NCBI GenBank assembly: GCA_009840945.1
Contig: VXMU01000044.1
Coordinates: 15,945 to 79,944, forward strand
Source of the DNA: Chloroflexota bacterium
Lineage (GTDB): Bacteria; Chloroflexota; Dehalococcoidia; UBA2979
Direction: 5' to 3'
Length of the DNA stretch: 64,000 nucleotides
Under the pieces are notes generated by a model. It saw nothing but the letters and a program-made list of their open reading frames with translations. It was not told the origin of the DNA and did not search any database. The translations under genes were made by a program, and so were the position numbers. Positions 30,062 through 39,355 of this stretch are shown here, one piece after another. Position 1 is the stretch's first letter. Each line of letters begins with the position of its first letter.

Positions 30062-30922
30062 ATGCGCCGTCACTCCAGGACTGCCGCGCGCCGGTTCGCG
30101 CGAGGAGCGTCTGTCGGCCTCGTCGCGCTGTGGCTGGTCGCCGCCGCGTGCCGCGGTGCGTCCGAGCCTCCCGGCGTCGTCATCGAGCCCGCCACCGCGA
30201 CGCCCTCGGTGCCGCCGACCGTCTCGGCCGCCGCCCGTACGTCCGTGGCAACGCCGACGGCCACGGCGACAGCCCCTCCGACGCGCACCGCCACGCCGAT
30301 CGCTCCTCCGACGCCCGCTCCGACCGAGTCGCCCACCGTCGAGGCAACGACGATAGCGACCGCCAGTGCCACCGCGACGGCGACACCCGCCCCCACGCCT
30401 ACGCCGACGCCGGCCGTGACCCCGGTTCCCACCTCGACGCCCTCGCCCGTGCCCGCCCCGACCCCGACACCTGTGCCGCCTCCGACGCCCACGCCGCTTC
30501 CCGTCGAGCCGACGGCGACGACCGGCGCGATCGCGGTCGAGGAGCTGCCGGTCATCGAGTTCGTGCGCGGCGACGGGTCGTCGGTGAGCCTCCGCGTGGA
30601 GGTGCCGCCGCTTTCCGAGTACAGCGTCGGGCTCTCCGGGCGGTACGAGCTGGGGGAGCGCGGCATGCTGTTCCACTACCCGGACGACTCGCGCGCGCGC
30701 CCGTTCTGGATGCGCAACACCCACATCGACCTCGATATCGCCTTCGTGGGCGCGGACTTCGTGATCATCGACATCCAGCGCATGACGGCCGACACCGACG
30801 ACCTGCACCGGCCCGACCGCGGCTACATGTATGCCGTCGAGGCGCACGCCGGGTGGTACGAGGCGAACGGGATCGCGGTCGGCGACGTGATGTGGCTGCG
30901 GTTCGAGTTGCCCGAGGAGTGA
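30062..30922 (+). CDS. DUF192-domain protein with an N-terminal signal/TM segment and a long Thr/Pro/Ala-rich linker
   Basis: C-terminal ..GMLFHYPDDSRARPFWMRNTHIDLDIAFVGADFVIIDIQRM.. matches DUF192 (COG1430). Confidence 0.65.
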   Translation: MRRHSRTAARRFARGASVGLVALWLVAAACRGASEPPGVVIEPATATPSVPPTVSAAARTSVATPTATATAPPTRTATPIAPPTPAPTESPTVEATTIATASATATATPAPTPTPTPAVTPVPTSTPSPVPAPTPTPVPPPTPTPLPVEPTATTGAIAVEELPVIEFVRGDGSSVSLRVEVPPLSEYSVGLSGRYELGERGMLFHYPDDSRARPFWMRNTHIDLDIAFVGADFVIIDIQRMTADTDDLHRPDRGYMYAVEAHAGWYEANGIAVGDVMWLRFELPEE

Positions 30923-30988
30923 GCAGCTCGTCTCGCGTTGAGTCGAGCGTCGTATACTGCCGTCCGCGCATCAGGATGAGGAGCAGCG

Positions 30989-31654
30989 ATGACCGGCGAT
31001 CTGACCTTCGACCACAACGGCCAGCACGTGGAGGGCTACCTCTCCGAGCCCGAGGGCACTCCTCGCGCCGGAGTGGTCGTGATCCAGGAGTGGTGGGGCC
31101 TCAACGATGACATCAAGGGCATCGCTGACCGCTTCGCCGCCGAGGGCTACGTGGCCTTCGCACCCGACCTCTACGACGGCGTGGTCTCCACCGAGCCCGA
31201 CGAGGCGCTGAAGCTGGCGATGGCGCTGGAGCGCGACGTCGCGAGCCAGGTGGTCGACGCAGCGCTGAACTGGCTGAAGGCCGAGCACGGCGTGTCGAAG
31301 ACCGGCTGTATCGGGTTCTGCATGGGCGGCGGCCTGACGCTGGCCGCGGCCATGCGGCCGACCTCGAACGTGGACGCGGTCCACGTCTTCTACGGCGGCG
31401 GGATGCCATCGGCGGAGGAGCTCGGGACGATCACCTGCCCGGTCATGGGCTCGTACGGTGCGACCGACGAGAGCATCCCGGCCGACCAGGTGGACATGCT
31501 GCGCAGCACCCTCGAGGGCCGCGTCCCCACGGACGTGGTGCTCTACGACGGCGCCGGGCACTCGTTCTTCAATGCCGGCGAGGCGTTCCACACAGAGGCG
31601 GCAGCCGACGCATGGGGCCGCACGCTGCAGTGGTTCGGCGACCACCTGTCGTAG
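30989..31654 (+). CDS. Dienelactone hydrolase-family protein
   Basis: ..GVVVIQEWWGLNDDIKGIADRFAAEGYVAFAPDLY..; nucleophile region CIGFCMGGG. Confidence 0.8.
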   Translation: MTGDLTFDHNGQHVEGYLSEPEGTPRAGVVVIQEWWGLNDDIKGIADRFAAEGYVAFAPDLYDGVVSTEPDEALKLAMALERDVASQVVDAALNWLKAEHGVSKTGCIGFCMGGGLTLAAAMRPTSNVDAVHVFYGGGMPSAEELGTITCPVMGSYGATDESIPADQVDMLRSTLEGRVPTDVVLYDGAGHSFFNAGEAFHTEAAADAWGRTLQWFGDHLS

Positions 31655-31708
31655 CCGACGGCTGAGTCGTGGGTGGGGCGTCGTGGGGGCGGCGTCCCGC
31701 GAGCACAA

Positions 31709-31733
31709 CCCCGCTCGATCACCGTCGAGGCGT
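31709..31733. repeat. Left copy of a 25-bp direct repeat (CCCGCTCGATCACCGTCGAGGCGTG) that duplicates the 3' end of the GAF gene; putative attL-like islet boundary
   Basis: Identical 25-mer at 31709-31733 and 32746-32770; translated on the minus strand the left copy reads ..ARHASTVIER.., identical to the GAF protein C-terminus, followed immediately by low-GC DNA. Confidence 0.7.
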
Positions 31734-31851
31734 GGCGCGCGGAGCGCGGGTCACGCACGCACGCGATATTACAAATGAGAACTTGCCATAGCATTTCCTC
31801 CGATGTACCGTCTGACACGATCGGGTGCGACACGAATCGGGGGAGGTCGCG

Positions 31852-32121
31852 ATGCACACGAAGTCAACGTTCCGCCTGAAGGGCCGGATCACGCCCAGCA
31901 CGTTCTCGCACGAGCGCCTGTTCAGCGTTGAAGGCGCCGATGGGTACACGATCTACGTGATCGTCCCCCTCAAGGACCTTGAGGAACGTGATGGCGACCT
32001 GACGGCGGAGGTGGTGGTCGTTGGGCGCTCAGGAGAGTTCTCGCTGGTGACCGTTCCGGGCGAACCGGTAGAGACCGGTCAGACCGTCTGGGTGCCTGAG
32101 CAGGATCTGATTCCTGCGTGA
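31852..32121 (+). CDS. Small hypothetical protein (89 aa) in the low-GC islet
   Basis: ATG preceded by GGGGGAGG; its stop overlaps the downstream GTG start (GTGA); no family recognised. Confidence 0.5.
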   Translation: MHTKSTFRLKGRITPSTFSHERLFSVEGADGYTIYVIVPLKDLEERDGDLTAEVVVVGRSGEFSLVTVPGEPVETGQTVWVPEQDLIPA

Positions 32122-32720
32122 TCCTCAGTAACAGCGCGCTCTACGAGGCGCTCGACGACGGCCGCCTGATCCTCGACCCCGAACCCGAGCGCTCGGTCAG
32201 GGAGGGGTCGCAATTCGGTACGTCCGCAGTCGATCTCCGTCTTGGGTCTGTGATCGCGAGGCCCAGGGAGGCACCACACGCCGTGCTTGATCTCGGACGG
32301 CCCGGCCCGATCGGTGACACGCTCGATGCCTTCACGGACGAGTTCGAGATGGGCGACGCCGGCTACGTGCTGGAACCGGGACCGCAGAACCTCATCCTTG
32401 GGCACACGCTGGAAACGATACGACTGCCGCTGTCCGAGCGCCTGGATCGGCGCGCGGACGGCAAGCCCGTCCTGGCCGCGCGCATCGAAGGTAAGAGCTC
32501 TCGTGCTCGATTCGGCCTGCTCGTCCACTTCACAGCGCCCACCATCCATGCCGGATGGTCGGGGTCCATCGCGCTGGAGATGATGTGTCTCGGGCGGTAT
32601 CCACTGCGGCTCTACCCCGGCCTCCCGATCTGCCAGCTGATAGTCGAGGAGGTCCGCGGTCGGCCGACTGCAGCCGCGAGCGAGTTCCAGGGTCAGCGTC
32701 GACCGACCGGCGGGTCGTAG
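32118..32720 (+). CDS. dCTP deaminase/dUTPase-superfamily protein (Dcd-like), islet-borne
   Basis: ..GKSSRARFGLLVHFTAPTIHAGWSGSIALEMMCLG.. aligns to the Dcd catalytic region (GRSSLARLGL.VH.TA..IDPGW.G.I.LE). Confidence 0.7.
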   Translation: MILSNSALYEALDDGRLILDPEPERSVREGSQFGTSAVDLRLGSVIARPREAPHAVLDLGRPGPIGDTLDAFTDEFEMGDAGYVLEPGPQNLILGHTLETIRLPLSERLDRRADGKPVLAARIEGKSSRARFGLLVHFTAPTIHAGWSGSIALEMMCLGRYPLRLYPGLPICQLIVEEVRGRPTAAASEFQGQRRPTGGS

Positions 32721-32733
32721 CCGCGCAAGTCCG

Positions 32734-33258
32734 CTAGTACCACTCCCGCTCGATCACCGTCGAGGCGTGCCGGGCGAGGGTGACGAGGATGCGCTCGTCC
32801 TGGTCGTCGAACGGCTTGCCGTCGTCGCGGTCGGTCACGTAGAGCGAGCCGCGCACGTGGCCCGCACTCCAGATCGGCACGCCGATCAGCGCCTCCATCT
32901 CCGGATGGTGCGGCGGGAACCCGAACGCGCGAGGCGAGTGCTGGACGTTCTCGAACCGCACCGGACGCCCGTCGGCGCGCAGCGAGCTGAGCGGGCCGTG
33001 CGCCTGCGGCGGCGTCCGCAGGCCGCGCAGGTCGTCCGCCGACAGCCCCGAGGTGACGAACCCCTGCGTCATGTCGTGCTCGTCGGTCACCGCGAGGGCG
33101 CCGTACTTCGCGTGCGTCATTTCGCGGGCGAGGTCGACGACGAGCTGTAACGACTCGTCGGGCCGGCGGCGCGCCGGGAGCCGCTTCACGCCGCGCGCGA
33201 GCGCGCGCAGCGCCCGCCGTTCGGGGTCGCGTCGCAGGAGCCGGTCGGTCAGCTTCAT
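32734..33258 (-). CDS. GAF-domain protein
   Basis: 174-aa GAF-like fold (..LAREMTHAKYGALAVTDEHDMTQGFVTSG..ALIGVPIWSAGHVRGSLYVTDRDDGKPFDDQD..). Confidence 0.65.
   Translation of the reverse strand: MKLTDRLLRRDPERRALRALARGVKRLPARRRPDESLQLVVDLAREMTHAKYGALAVTDEHDMTQGFVTSGLSADDLRGLRTPPQAHGPLSSLRADGRPVRFENVQHSPRAFGFPPHHPEMEALIGVPIWSAGHVRGSLYVTDRDDGKPFDDQDERILVTLARHASTVIEREWY
32746..32770. repeat. Right copy of the 25-bp direct repeat (lies within the genuine 3' end of the GAF gene)
   Basis: See left copy. Confidence 0.7.
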
Positions 33259-33304
33259 GGCGCTGCCGAGCGTACCGCGCGCCCGCGGGGGTGTGCCAGC
33301 GCGC

Positions 33305-34357
33305 CTATCGCCTGTAGCAGCGCAGCGTCGCGGGATCGACGGCGAGCGCGACGGGGCTCCCGGGTGCGGGCGGCTCGTCGCGCGCGTCCCACCGAACCTC
33401 GACATAACGCACAGCCGAGAGGGCCCCGATCGCGACCTCGAGCACCCGGAGCGGCCCCTCGGGCTGCGCACCGACGACGGTGCCGCGCGCGCCCGAGTCC
33501 CGCGCGTCGCCGGTGGGGACCGCCGTCATCGCCGAGGGGTGCGCCATGACCAGCACCGGCCCCTCGAGGGGCTCGGGCACGGCGACGGAGCCGACACCGG
33601 ACTCCTCGACGCGCCCGTCGCGTGCGTCCCCCTCGACCAGCCGCACCCAACCGACCATCGACGCCACCTCGGGGCTCGCCGGCTCCGCCAGCACGGTGTG
33701 CAGCGACCCCGCCTGGAGCACGCGCCCGGCGTCGAGCGCGACGAGGTCGTCGGCCAGCGCCTGCGCGTCGCGCAGGTCGTGGCTGACGAGCAGGGCGGTC
33801 GTCTCGAGGCGTTCGAGGAGTCCTCGCAGCTCGCGCCGCAGCTCGCGCTTGCGTGCCTCGTCGAGGGCGCCGAGCGGCTCATCGAGCAGCAGCACGGCCG
33901 GCTCCGGGGCGAGCGCGCGCGCCAGGCCCACGCGCTGACGCTCGCCGCCCGAGAGCGCGTCGACGCGTCTCCCGCCGAGGGCCTCGATGCCCACGAGCGC
34001 GAGCAGCTCGTCGACGCGACGCTCGCGGCGGTCGCGCGGCCACCTCGCCATGCGCAGGCCGAAGGCGACGTTGGCGCGCACGTCGAGGTGGGGGAAGAGC
34101 GCCAGCTCCTGGAACATCAGCCCCACGCCGCGCCGGTGCGGCGCGCGGCCGAGCACCGACGCGCCGTCGAGCTGCACGTCGCCGCCCTCGGGCCGTTCGA
34201 GGCCCGCGATCAGCCGCAGGATGGTGGTCTTGCCGCTCCCCGATGGCCCGAGGAGCGCCGCCACGCGCCCGTCGGCCACCTCGAAGCTCACGCCGTCGAC
34301 GACGCGGCGGGCGGCCTCGTAGCCGTGGGTCAGTTCGCGGACGGTGAGGGTCGCCAC
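33305..34357 (-). CDS. ABC transporter ATP-binding protein with a C-terminal TOBE domain (thiamine/iron(III)/polyamine importer type)
   Basis: Walker A GPSGSGKTT, signature LSGGERQR, Walker B LLLDEPLGALD, TOBE-like C-terminus. Confidence 0.85.
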   Translation of the reverse strand: MATLTVRELTHGYEAARRVVDGVSFEVADGRVAALLGPSGSGKTTILRLIAGLERPEGGDVQLDGASVLGRAPHRRGVGLMFQELALFPHLDVRANVAFGLRMARWPRDRRERRVDELLALVGIEALGGRRVDALSGGERQRVGLARALAPEPAVLLLDEPLGALDEARKRELRRELRGLLERLETTALLVSHDLRDAQALADDLVALDAGRVLQAGSLHTVLAEPASPEVASMVGWVRLVEGDARDGRVEESGVGSVAVPEPLEGPVLVMAHPSAMTAVPTGDARDSGARGTVVGAQPEGPLRVLEVAIGALSAVRYVEVRWDARDEPPAPGSPVALAVDPATLRCYRR

Positions 34358-34360
34358 GGG

Positions 34361-36073
34361 TCAGAACTCGCCGATGTCGCGGTAGCGCACGCGCTCGATG
34401 AGCAGCAGCGCGGCGGCCGTGACGGTCATGAGGATGGTGGCCATCGCCAGCGCCTGCCCGAGGTTGGCGAGACCCGGCCGGCCGAGTGAGGTGTAGATGG
34501 CGACCGGCAGCGTGGCGAACTCGCGGCGCTGCAGCACCGCGGTCGCGCCGAACTCGCCGAGCGAGACCACGAAGGCGAACCCCGCGCCGACGAGGAGCGC
34601 GCGCCACGCCAGGGGCAACTCGACGTAACGCCACGCGGCGAGCGGCGAAGCGCCGAGTACGCGCGCTGCCTCGGGCAGCCGCGGGTCGAGCGTGCGCAGC
34701 ACGGCGAGCGCGGCGCGCAGCACGAAGGGGTACGCGATGAGCGCGTGCGCGATCACGATCAGCCACGGCGAGCCTCGGAGGTCCGTGACGCCGCTGTTGA
34801 ACGTGATCAGGAACCCGAAGCCCAGCACGACCGCAGGCACCGCGAGGGGCGCCATCAGCAGCCCGTCGGCGAGCGCCGCGAGGCGTCCTCGCGAGCGCGC
34901 GATGGCGGTCGCGGCGAGCGTGCCCAGCACGACCGCGATCAGCGCTGCCCCGCCGGCGAAGGTCACGCTCCAGCGCATGGCGTTGAGCGGCTCGACGAAC
35001 GAGAGCCGCCCGGGGTCCTCGAACGCGCGCGTGAAGTTCGCCGCGGTGACGCCGCCCGATGCGCCGATGGTGAACGCGCCGTGCACGAGCGCAGCGAGCG
35101 GCGCGACGATCAGCAGCGCGAGCACGACCGCCACGCCGAGCGCGAGCCCACGCTCGGCCCACGAGGTGTCACGGAGGGCTCGGGAGCGCTCGCTGCGCTG
35201 CGTGAGCGGGCGCGCGGTGCGGCGCTGGAGCAGCGAGTAGGCGCCCAGCACCGCGACGGTCGTCGCGATCTGCACGGTTGACAGCACTGCCGCCGCGGGC
35301 AGCTCGACCAGCCGGATCGCGAGGCGATAGATGACCACCTCGAGCGTGTCGAGGCCCGGCCCCCCGAGCACGAGCACGACGCCGAACGAGGTGAACGAGA
35401 AGACGAAGACGAGCGCCGCCGCCGACGCGATCGCGGGGGCGAGCGCCGGCAGCGTCACCTCGCGCAGCGTCGCCCAGCGGCCCGCGCCGAGCAGGCGCGC
35501 GGCCTCCTCGGTGCGCGGGTCGAGGTTCGCCCACACGCCCGCGACGAGGCGGATCACGATCGAGACGTTGTAGAAGACGTGCGCGGCAAGGATCGCCCAG
35601 ATCGTGCCGACCACCTCGACGCGCCCGAGGCCGAACCACGCGAGGGCGCTATTAAGCAGGCCGTCTGGGCCCGCGAGCTGCTGGAACGCGAGCGCGACGA
35701 CGAGGGTCGGCAGCACGAACGGCACGGTGACGAGCGCCCTCGCCACCGCGCGGCCGGGGAAGCGGATGTGCGCGAAGACGTACGCCGACGGGAGCCCCAC
35801 GAGCAGCGCGACGGCCGTCGAGGCGGCGGCCTGCGCCGTGGTGAAGACGAGCCGGTCCCAGTAGTAGCCGTCGCCGAGCACGTCCGCAATCGCGGCGGCA
35901 TCCGGGACCCCCTCGGGCGCGAGGCCTCGCCACAGGATCGTGGCAAGGGGCCACAACAACAGCGGGAGCAGCACCACGAGCACCGGCAGCGCCCACGGCC
36001 CGGCCCTCGGCGCGCCGGCCGCTCGTCCCACGGGCGTCGGCGGAGACGGGGTGACCCCGCCGGCTCCGATCAT
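34361..36073 (-). CDS. Fused double-domain ABC transporter permease (ThiP/FbpB-like)
   Basis: Two tandem permease modules with EAA-like loops (..EEAARLLGAGRWATLREVTLP.. and ..PEAARVLGASPLAAWRYVELP..); its ATG overlaps the upstream gene stop. Confidence 0.8.
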   Translation of the reverse strand: MIGAGGVTPSPPTPVGRAAGAPRAGPWALPVLVVLLPLLLWPLATILWRGLAPEGVPDAAAIADVLGDGYYWDRLVFTTAQAAASTAVALLVGLPSAYVFAHIRFPGRAVARALVTVPFVLPTLVVALAFQQLAGPDGLLNSALAWFGLGRVEVVGTIWAILAAHVFYNVSIVIRLVAGVWANLDPRTEEAARLLGAGRWATLREVTLPALAPAIASAAALVFVFSFTSFGVVLVLGGPGLDTLEVVIYRLAIRLVELPAAAVLSTVQIATTVAVLGAYSLLQRRTARPLTQRSERSRALRDTSWAERGLALGVAVVLALLIVAPLAALVHGAFTIGASGGVTAANFTRAFEDPGRLSFVEPLNAMRWSVTFAGGAALIAVVLGTLAATAIARSRGRLAALADGLLMAPLAVPAVVLGFGFLITFNSGVTDLRGSPWLIVIAHALIAYPFVLRAALAVLRTLDPRLPEAARVLGASPLAAWRYVELPLAWRALLVGAGFAFVVSLGEFGATAVLQRREFATLPVAIYTSLGRPGLANLGQALAMATILMTVTAAALLLIERVRYRDIGEF

Positions 36074-37149
36074 CGACGCATGATCTCCGTCCACTCGCGG
36101 ATCCAGCGGTCGACATCCTCGGCAGTGAACTCGATCGAGGCTGTCTCGACGTCGACCTCGGCCCAGCTCCACCACTCGGGGAGGTCGAGGCCCGGGATCA
36201 CGGGGTAGACGAACATCGTCTCCGGGATCTGGGCCTGGAACGCGTCGCTCAGCATGAAGTCGATGAACTTGCCGGCGAGGTCAGGGTGCTCGCTGCCCTC
36301 GAGGACCGCGGCCGCCTCGACCTGGCGGAAGAGCGGGCTGGGAATCACGTTGCGGGTGGGCGGCTCGGTGAGCGGCTCCTCGGAGAAGAAGAACTCCGCG
36401 GCCGGGCTCGACGTGTACGAGACCACGAGCGGGCGGTCGCCACCGTACACGCTGAAGTGCGTGTAGTAGGCGTCGCTCCACCCGAGCTCAACGCGCACCT
36501 CGTTCTCATGCAGGTCGTGCCAGAACTGCTGCCAGCGCCCCTCGCCGAAGTACGCGATCGTCGTGGCGAGGAACTGCAGGCCGGGTGACGAGGTCGCCGG
36601 GTCCTCGACCACGAGCTTGCCACGCCACTGCCGCTCGGTGAGCTCCTCGAGCGTGGACGGCGGCTCACCGGCCGCGGGGTCGAAGTTGAGGTTCACGTAG
36701 CCGTAGTCGATGGGCGTGAGCAGCAGCGAGTCGCCGAACTGCGCGCGGACGTCGGCGGGGATGTCGCTGCGGCGGGCCGACTCGTACTCCCGGAACACGC
36801 CGGCCCTGACCGCGCGCTGGAAGCTGAGGTTGTCGACGCCGAACAGCACGTCGCCTTCGGGGTTGCCGGCGTTGAGGATGGCGCGGTTCACTACCTCGTT
36901 CGCGTCGCCCCCGGCGATCAGCTCGACTTTCGCGTTGTGCTCCTGCTCGAACTGCTCGATGAGCCCGTCGCTCACGTCGAACGAGTCGTGCGTGATGACG
37001 GTGAGCGTCGTCGGGTCCGCGGGTGCGGGCGGCTCGGGCGGCTCCTCGGGCGTCTCGGCCTCGTCGCCGCAGGCGACGGCGAGGGCAGCGAGCAGCGCGG
37101 CGGCGAGCAGCGCGAGGCTGCGGGTCAGGGTCGGGCGTCGAGCAGGCAT
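36070..37149 (-). CDS. ABC transporter substrate-binding lipoprotein (thiamine/iron-type, SBP family 1)
   Basis: Lipobox LAVAC; SBP-1 fold; first gene downstream of a TPP riboswitch. Confidence 0.8.
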   Translation of the reverse strand: MPARRPTLTRSLALLAAALLAALAVACGDEAETPEEPPEPPAPADPTTLTVITHDSFDVSDGLIEQFEQEHNAKVELIAGGDANEVVNRAILNAGNPEGDVLFGVDNLSFQRAVRAGVFREYESARRSDIPADVRAQFGDSLLLTPIDYGYVNLNFDPAAGEPPSTLEELTERQWRGKLVVEDPATSSPGLQFLATTIAYFGEGRWQQFWHDLHENEVRVELGWSDAYYTHFSVYGGDRPLVVSYTSSPAAEFFFSEEPLTEPPTRNVIPSPLFRQVEAAAVLEGSEHPDLAGKFIDFMLSDAFQAQIPETMFVYPVIPGLDLPEWWSWAEVDVETASIEFTAEDVDRWIREWTEIMRR

Positions 37150-37204
37150 CGGGAACCTCCCATGCTGGGGAGACCGCTGCCTGAGTCCGTGAAGGTAAGT
37201 ACTG

Positions 37205-37315
37205 GCAACTGAACCGCATCCCTACGCACGCATGAACGTGATCAGGTTCCAGGGGTTGGCGCGCTGCACGCCTCTCAGCCCGACGGGGCACCCCCAGCGG
37301 CCTCACTGGTTGCCG
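37205..37315 (-). promoter_or_regulatory. TPP (THI-box) riboswitch in the leader of the ABC importer operon
   Basis: Minus-strand sequence GGGGUGCCCcgucggGCUGAGAggcgugcagcgcgccAACCCcugGAACCUGAUCacguucAUGCGUGCGUAGGGAUG carries the hallmark CUGAGA, ACCUGAUC and GCGUAGGGA elements. Confidence 0.8.
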
Positions 37316-37432
37316 TGAGACTCGCACCGGGGCGGCGACGGGTCAAGGGCGCAGGTTGGCGGGACGACGTAGCGAGGATGTGCGAAGAGCTGAGTTGAGG
37401 GGCGGCGTCAGCCGCGGGCGGAACAGGAACGT

Positions 37433-37672
37433 CTAGTCGAGCTCGGGCGGGGGTGGAGGCTCGCGACCCTCTTCCCTCGCCAGCTGACTCTCTCGTGCCC
37501 AGGCCTCCCAGCGATGCTGCTGCTCACGACGACCCACCGCTACGCCCTCTGTGCGTCCCTCGTCCTTCAGTAGCTGGCGATACCTGGCTGCCAACACGAT
37601 GATCTCTCCCGCTTCCAGCGCAACGTACACCGCCGCCGCGCCGACGACGACCCACGATTCCAACCCGATCAC
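37433..37672 (-). CDS. Small hypothetical protein (79 aa, N-terminal hydrophobic segment)
   Basis: Short ORF between the riboswitch region and the kinase gene; no homology recognised. Confidence 0.25.
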   Translation of the reverse strand: MIGLESWVVVGAAAVYVALEAGEIIVLAARYRQLLKDEGRTEGVAVGRREQQHRWEAWARESQLAREEGREPPPPPELD

Positions 37673-37720
37673 TGTCCTGTTCAGTCCCGAGTCCGAATGC
37701 AGAGGCTACCCGGATCCGGC

Positions 37721-39352
37721 CTATCCCATCCCCGCCAGCGACTCCGCCACCTCACGCGCGAGCGCGCCCGGCGACCTCGACGAATCGAGGGTGACCGATG
37801 GCCCCTCGTCGCCGCCGACGGGCTCGAAGCGCTCGCGCTGCAACGCGTACACGTCCTCCGTCGCGTCCGAGGTGCGCAGCGGGTCGTCGTCGCGTCCCAC
37901 GATGCGCGCTCGCGCCGCAGCCTCGTCCAGCCGCAGCTCGACGAAGAGGCAGGGGACGCCATGCTCGGCGGCCAGCGCCCGCGCGGCGGCGCGCTCCGAG
38001 GCGCGCCCGTGCATCGCGTCGATGACCACCGCGCGGCCGGCGTCGAGGTGCTCGCGGACCCGGCGGCGCAGCTCGGCGTAGGTGCGCTCCGTCATCTCCG
38101 GGGAGTAGAGCCCCGCTCGGAACGCCTCGCCGACGCGCTCGCGCAGGTCGATGCCCGCGATCTGCTTGCGCACGATGTCCGAGGAGACGTACGCCGCGCC
38201 GACGCGCCCCGCGAGCGTCCCCGCCACGGTCGACTTGCCGCTCGCGGGCAGCCCGCACATCACGACCACCGCCGGCTCCGCGCGCCGCTCCCCGTAGCTT
38301 GCGGCGAGGCGGAAGAAGCGCGCCGCCGACTCGGCGAGCTCGGCGCGCTGCTCCTCGCTCACCTCGGTGGCGTGCGCGCCGATCGACTCGACCTTGCCGC
38401 GCACGAACGCGCGGAACGTGCGGTGCAGCGGCTGCAGCACCCCCATCGTCTCGTCGCCCGAGGCGGCGATGTAGCGCCCGACGATCTCGTCGCCCAGCTC
38501 CGCGTGGCCGAGTGCCTCAAGGTCCATCGCGAGGAACGCCACGTCGTACCCGGCGTCGAGATAGCGGAAGTGGTACCACTCGCTGAACTCGATGCAGTCC
38601 ACAATCGCGAGGTCCTCGCCGGTCTCGTCCAGCACGTAGACGTGGTCGGCCCGCAGGTCGCCGTGGCCCTCGATCACGCGCCCGGCCGCGAGCCGTGCGT
38701 CGAACAGCGCCCACTCGCGCTCGATCTCCGAGGCAACGAAGTCGCGCGTGGCGGCCGCGTCCCCGGGCGCCCAGGTCGCGCCGATGAAGCCCTCGGTCTC
38801 GCCGTACTCGCGCTCCCACCACGCGGCGTCACCGGCCGCGCCGGCGAAGGCGGGGTCGTTCTCCACGACCTCGGCAGCCTCGTGGAAGGCGATGAGGCGT
38901 CGCACCACGTGCTCCGCCGCGCGCGGTGGGGCCGCGCCGGCGGGGAGCAGCTCACGCAGGGTGCGGTCGTCCGGGAGGCGCCGCATCTGCACGCACCACT
39001 CGACGACTTCGGCGCCCGCGGACGGGGGCTCGCCGGCCGGGAGCACGGCGATGCGGCCGTCAGGGTGGCGGACGATGGGCCCGACGCCGAGGTACACGTC
39101 CGGCGCGAGCCGCCGGTTGAGGCGCACCTCGGCGTGGCAGAACGCCTCACGGCGCTCGGGCGCGACCTGGTCGATGAACCCGAAGTCGACCGGCTTCTTG
39201 GTCTTGTAGACCACGTCGCCCGCGAGGAAGACGTACGAGACGTGCGTCTGGCGCAGCTCCACGTCCGGCGGCGGCGAGGGGTAGGCGTCGGGCCGCAGCA
39301 GCGCGCGGACGTACTCGGGGAGCACCTCGTCCGGCGCGGCGTCCTCGGTCAC
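37721..39352 (-). CDS. Bifunctional aminoglycoside-phosphotransferase-like kinase / P-loop ATPase (AAA_33-like) protein
   Basis: N-terminal APH/protein-kinase-like fold (..VIEGHGDLRADHVYV..IVDCIEF..) fused to a C-terminal P-loop domain (VVVMCGLPASGKSTVAG). Confidence 0.75.
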   Translation of the reverse strand: MTEDAAPDEVLPEYVRALLRPDAYPSPPPDVELRQTHVSYVFLAGDVVYKTKKPVDFGFIDQVAPERREAFCHAEVRLNRRLAPDVYLGVGPIVRHPDGRIAVLPAGEPPSAGAEVVEWCVQMRRLPDDRTLRELLPAGAAPPRAAEHVVRRLIAFHEAAEVVENDPAFAGAAGDAAWWEREYGETEGFIGATWAPGDAAATRDFVASEIEREWALFDARLAAGRVIEGHGDLRADHVYVLDETGEDLAIVDCIEFSEWYHFRYLDAGYDVAFLAMDLEALGHAELGDEIVGRYIAASGDETMGVLQPLHRTFRAFVRGKVESIGAHATEVSEEQRAELAESAARFFRLAASYGERRAEPAVVVMCGLPASGKSTVAGTLAGRVGAAYVSSDIVRKQIAGIDLRERVGEAFRAGLYSPEMTERTYAELRRRVREHLDAGRAVVIDAMHGRASERAAARALAAEHGVPCLFVELRLDEAAARARIVGRDDDPLRTSDATEDVYALQRERFEPVGGDEGPSVTLDSSRSPGALAREVAESLAGMG

Positions 39353-39355
39353 CGG

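Noticed and set aside
36665-37327. 220-aa minus-strand ORF overlapping the SBP gene start and the TPP riboswitch
   Set aside because: It overlaps a clear THI-box RNA element and the lipoprotein signal of the SBP gene in another frame; Arg-rich composition; spurious.
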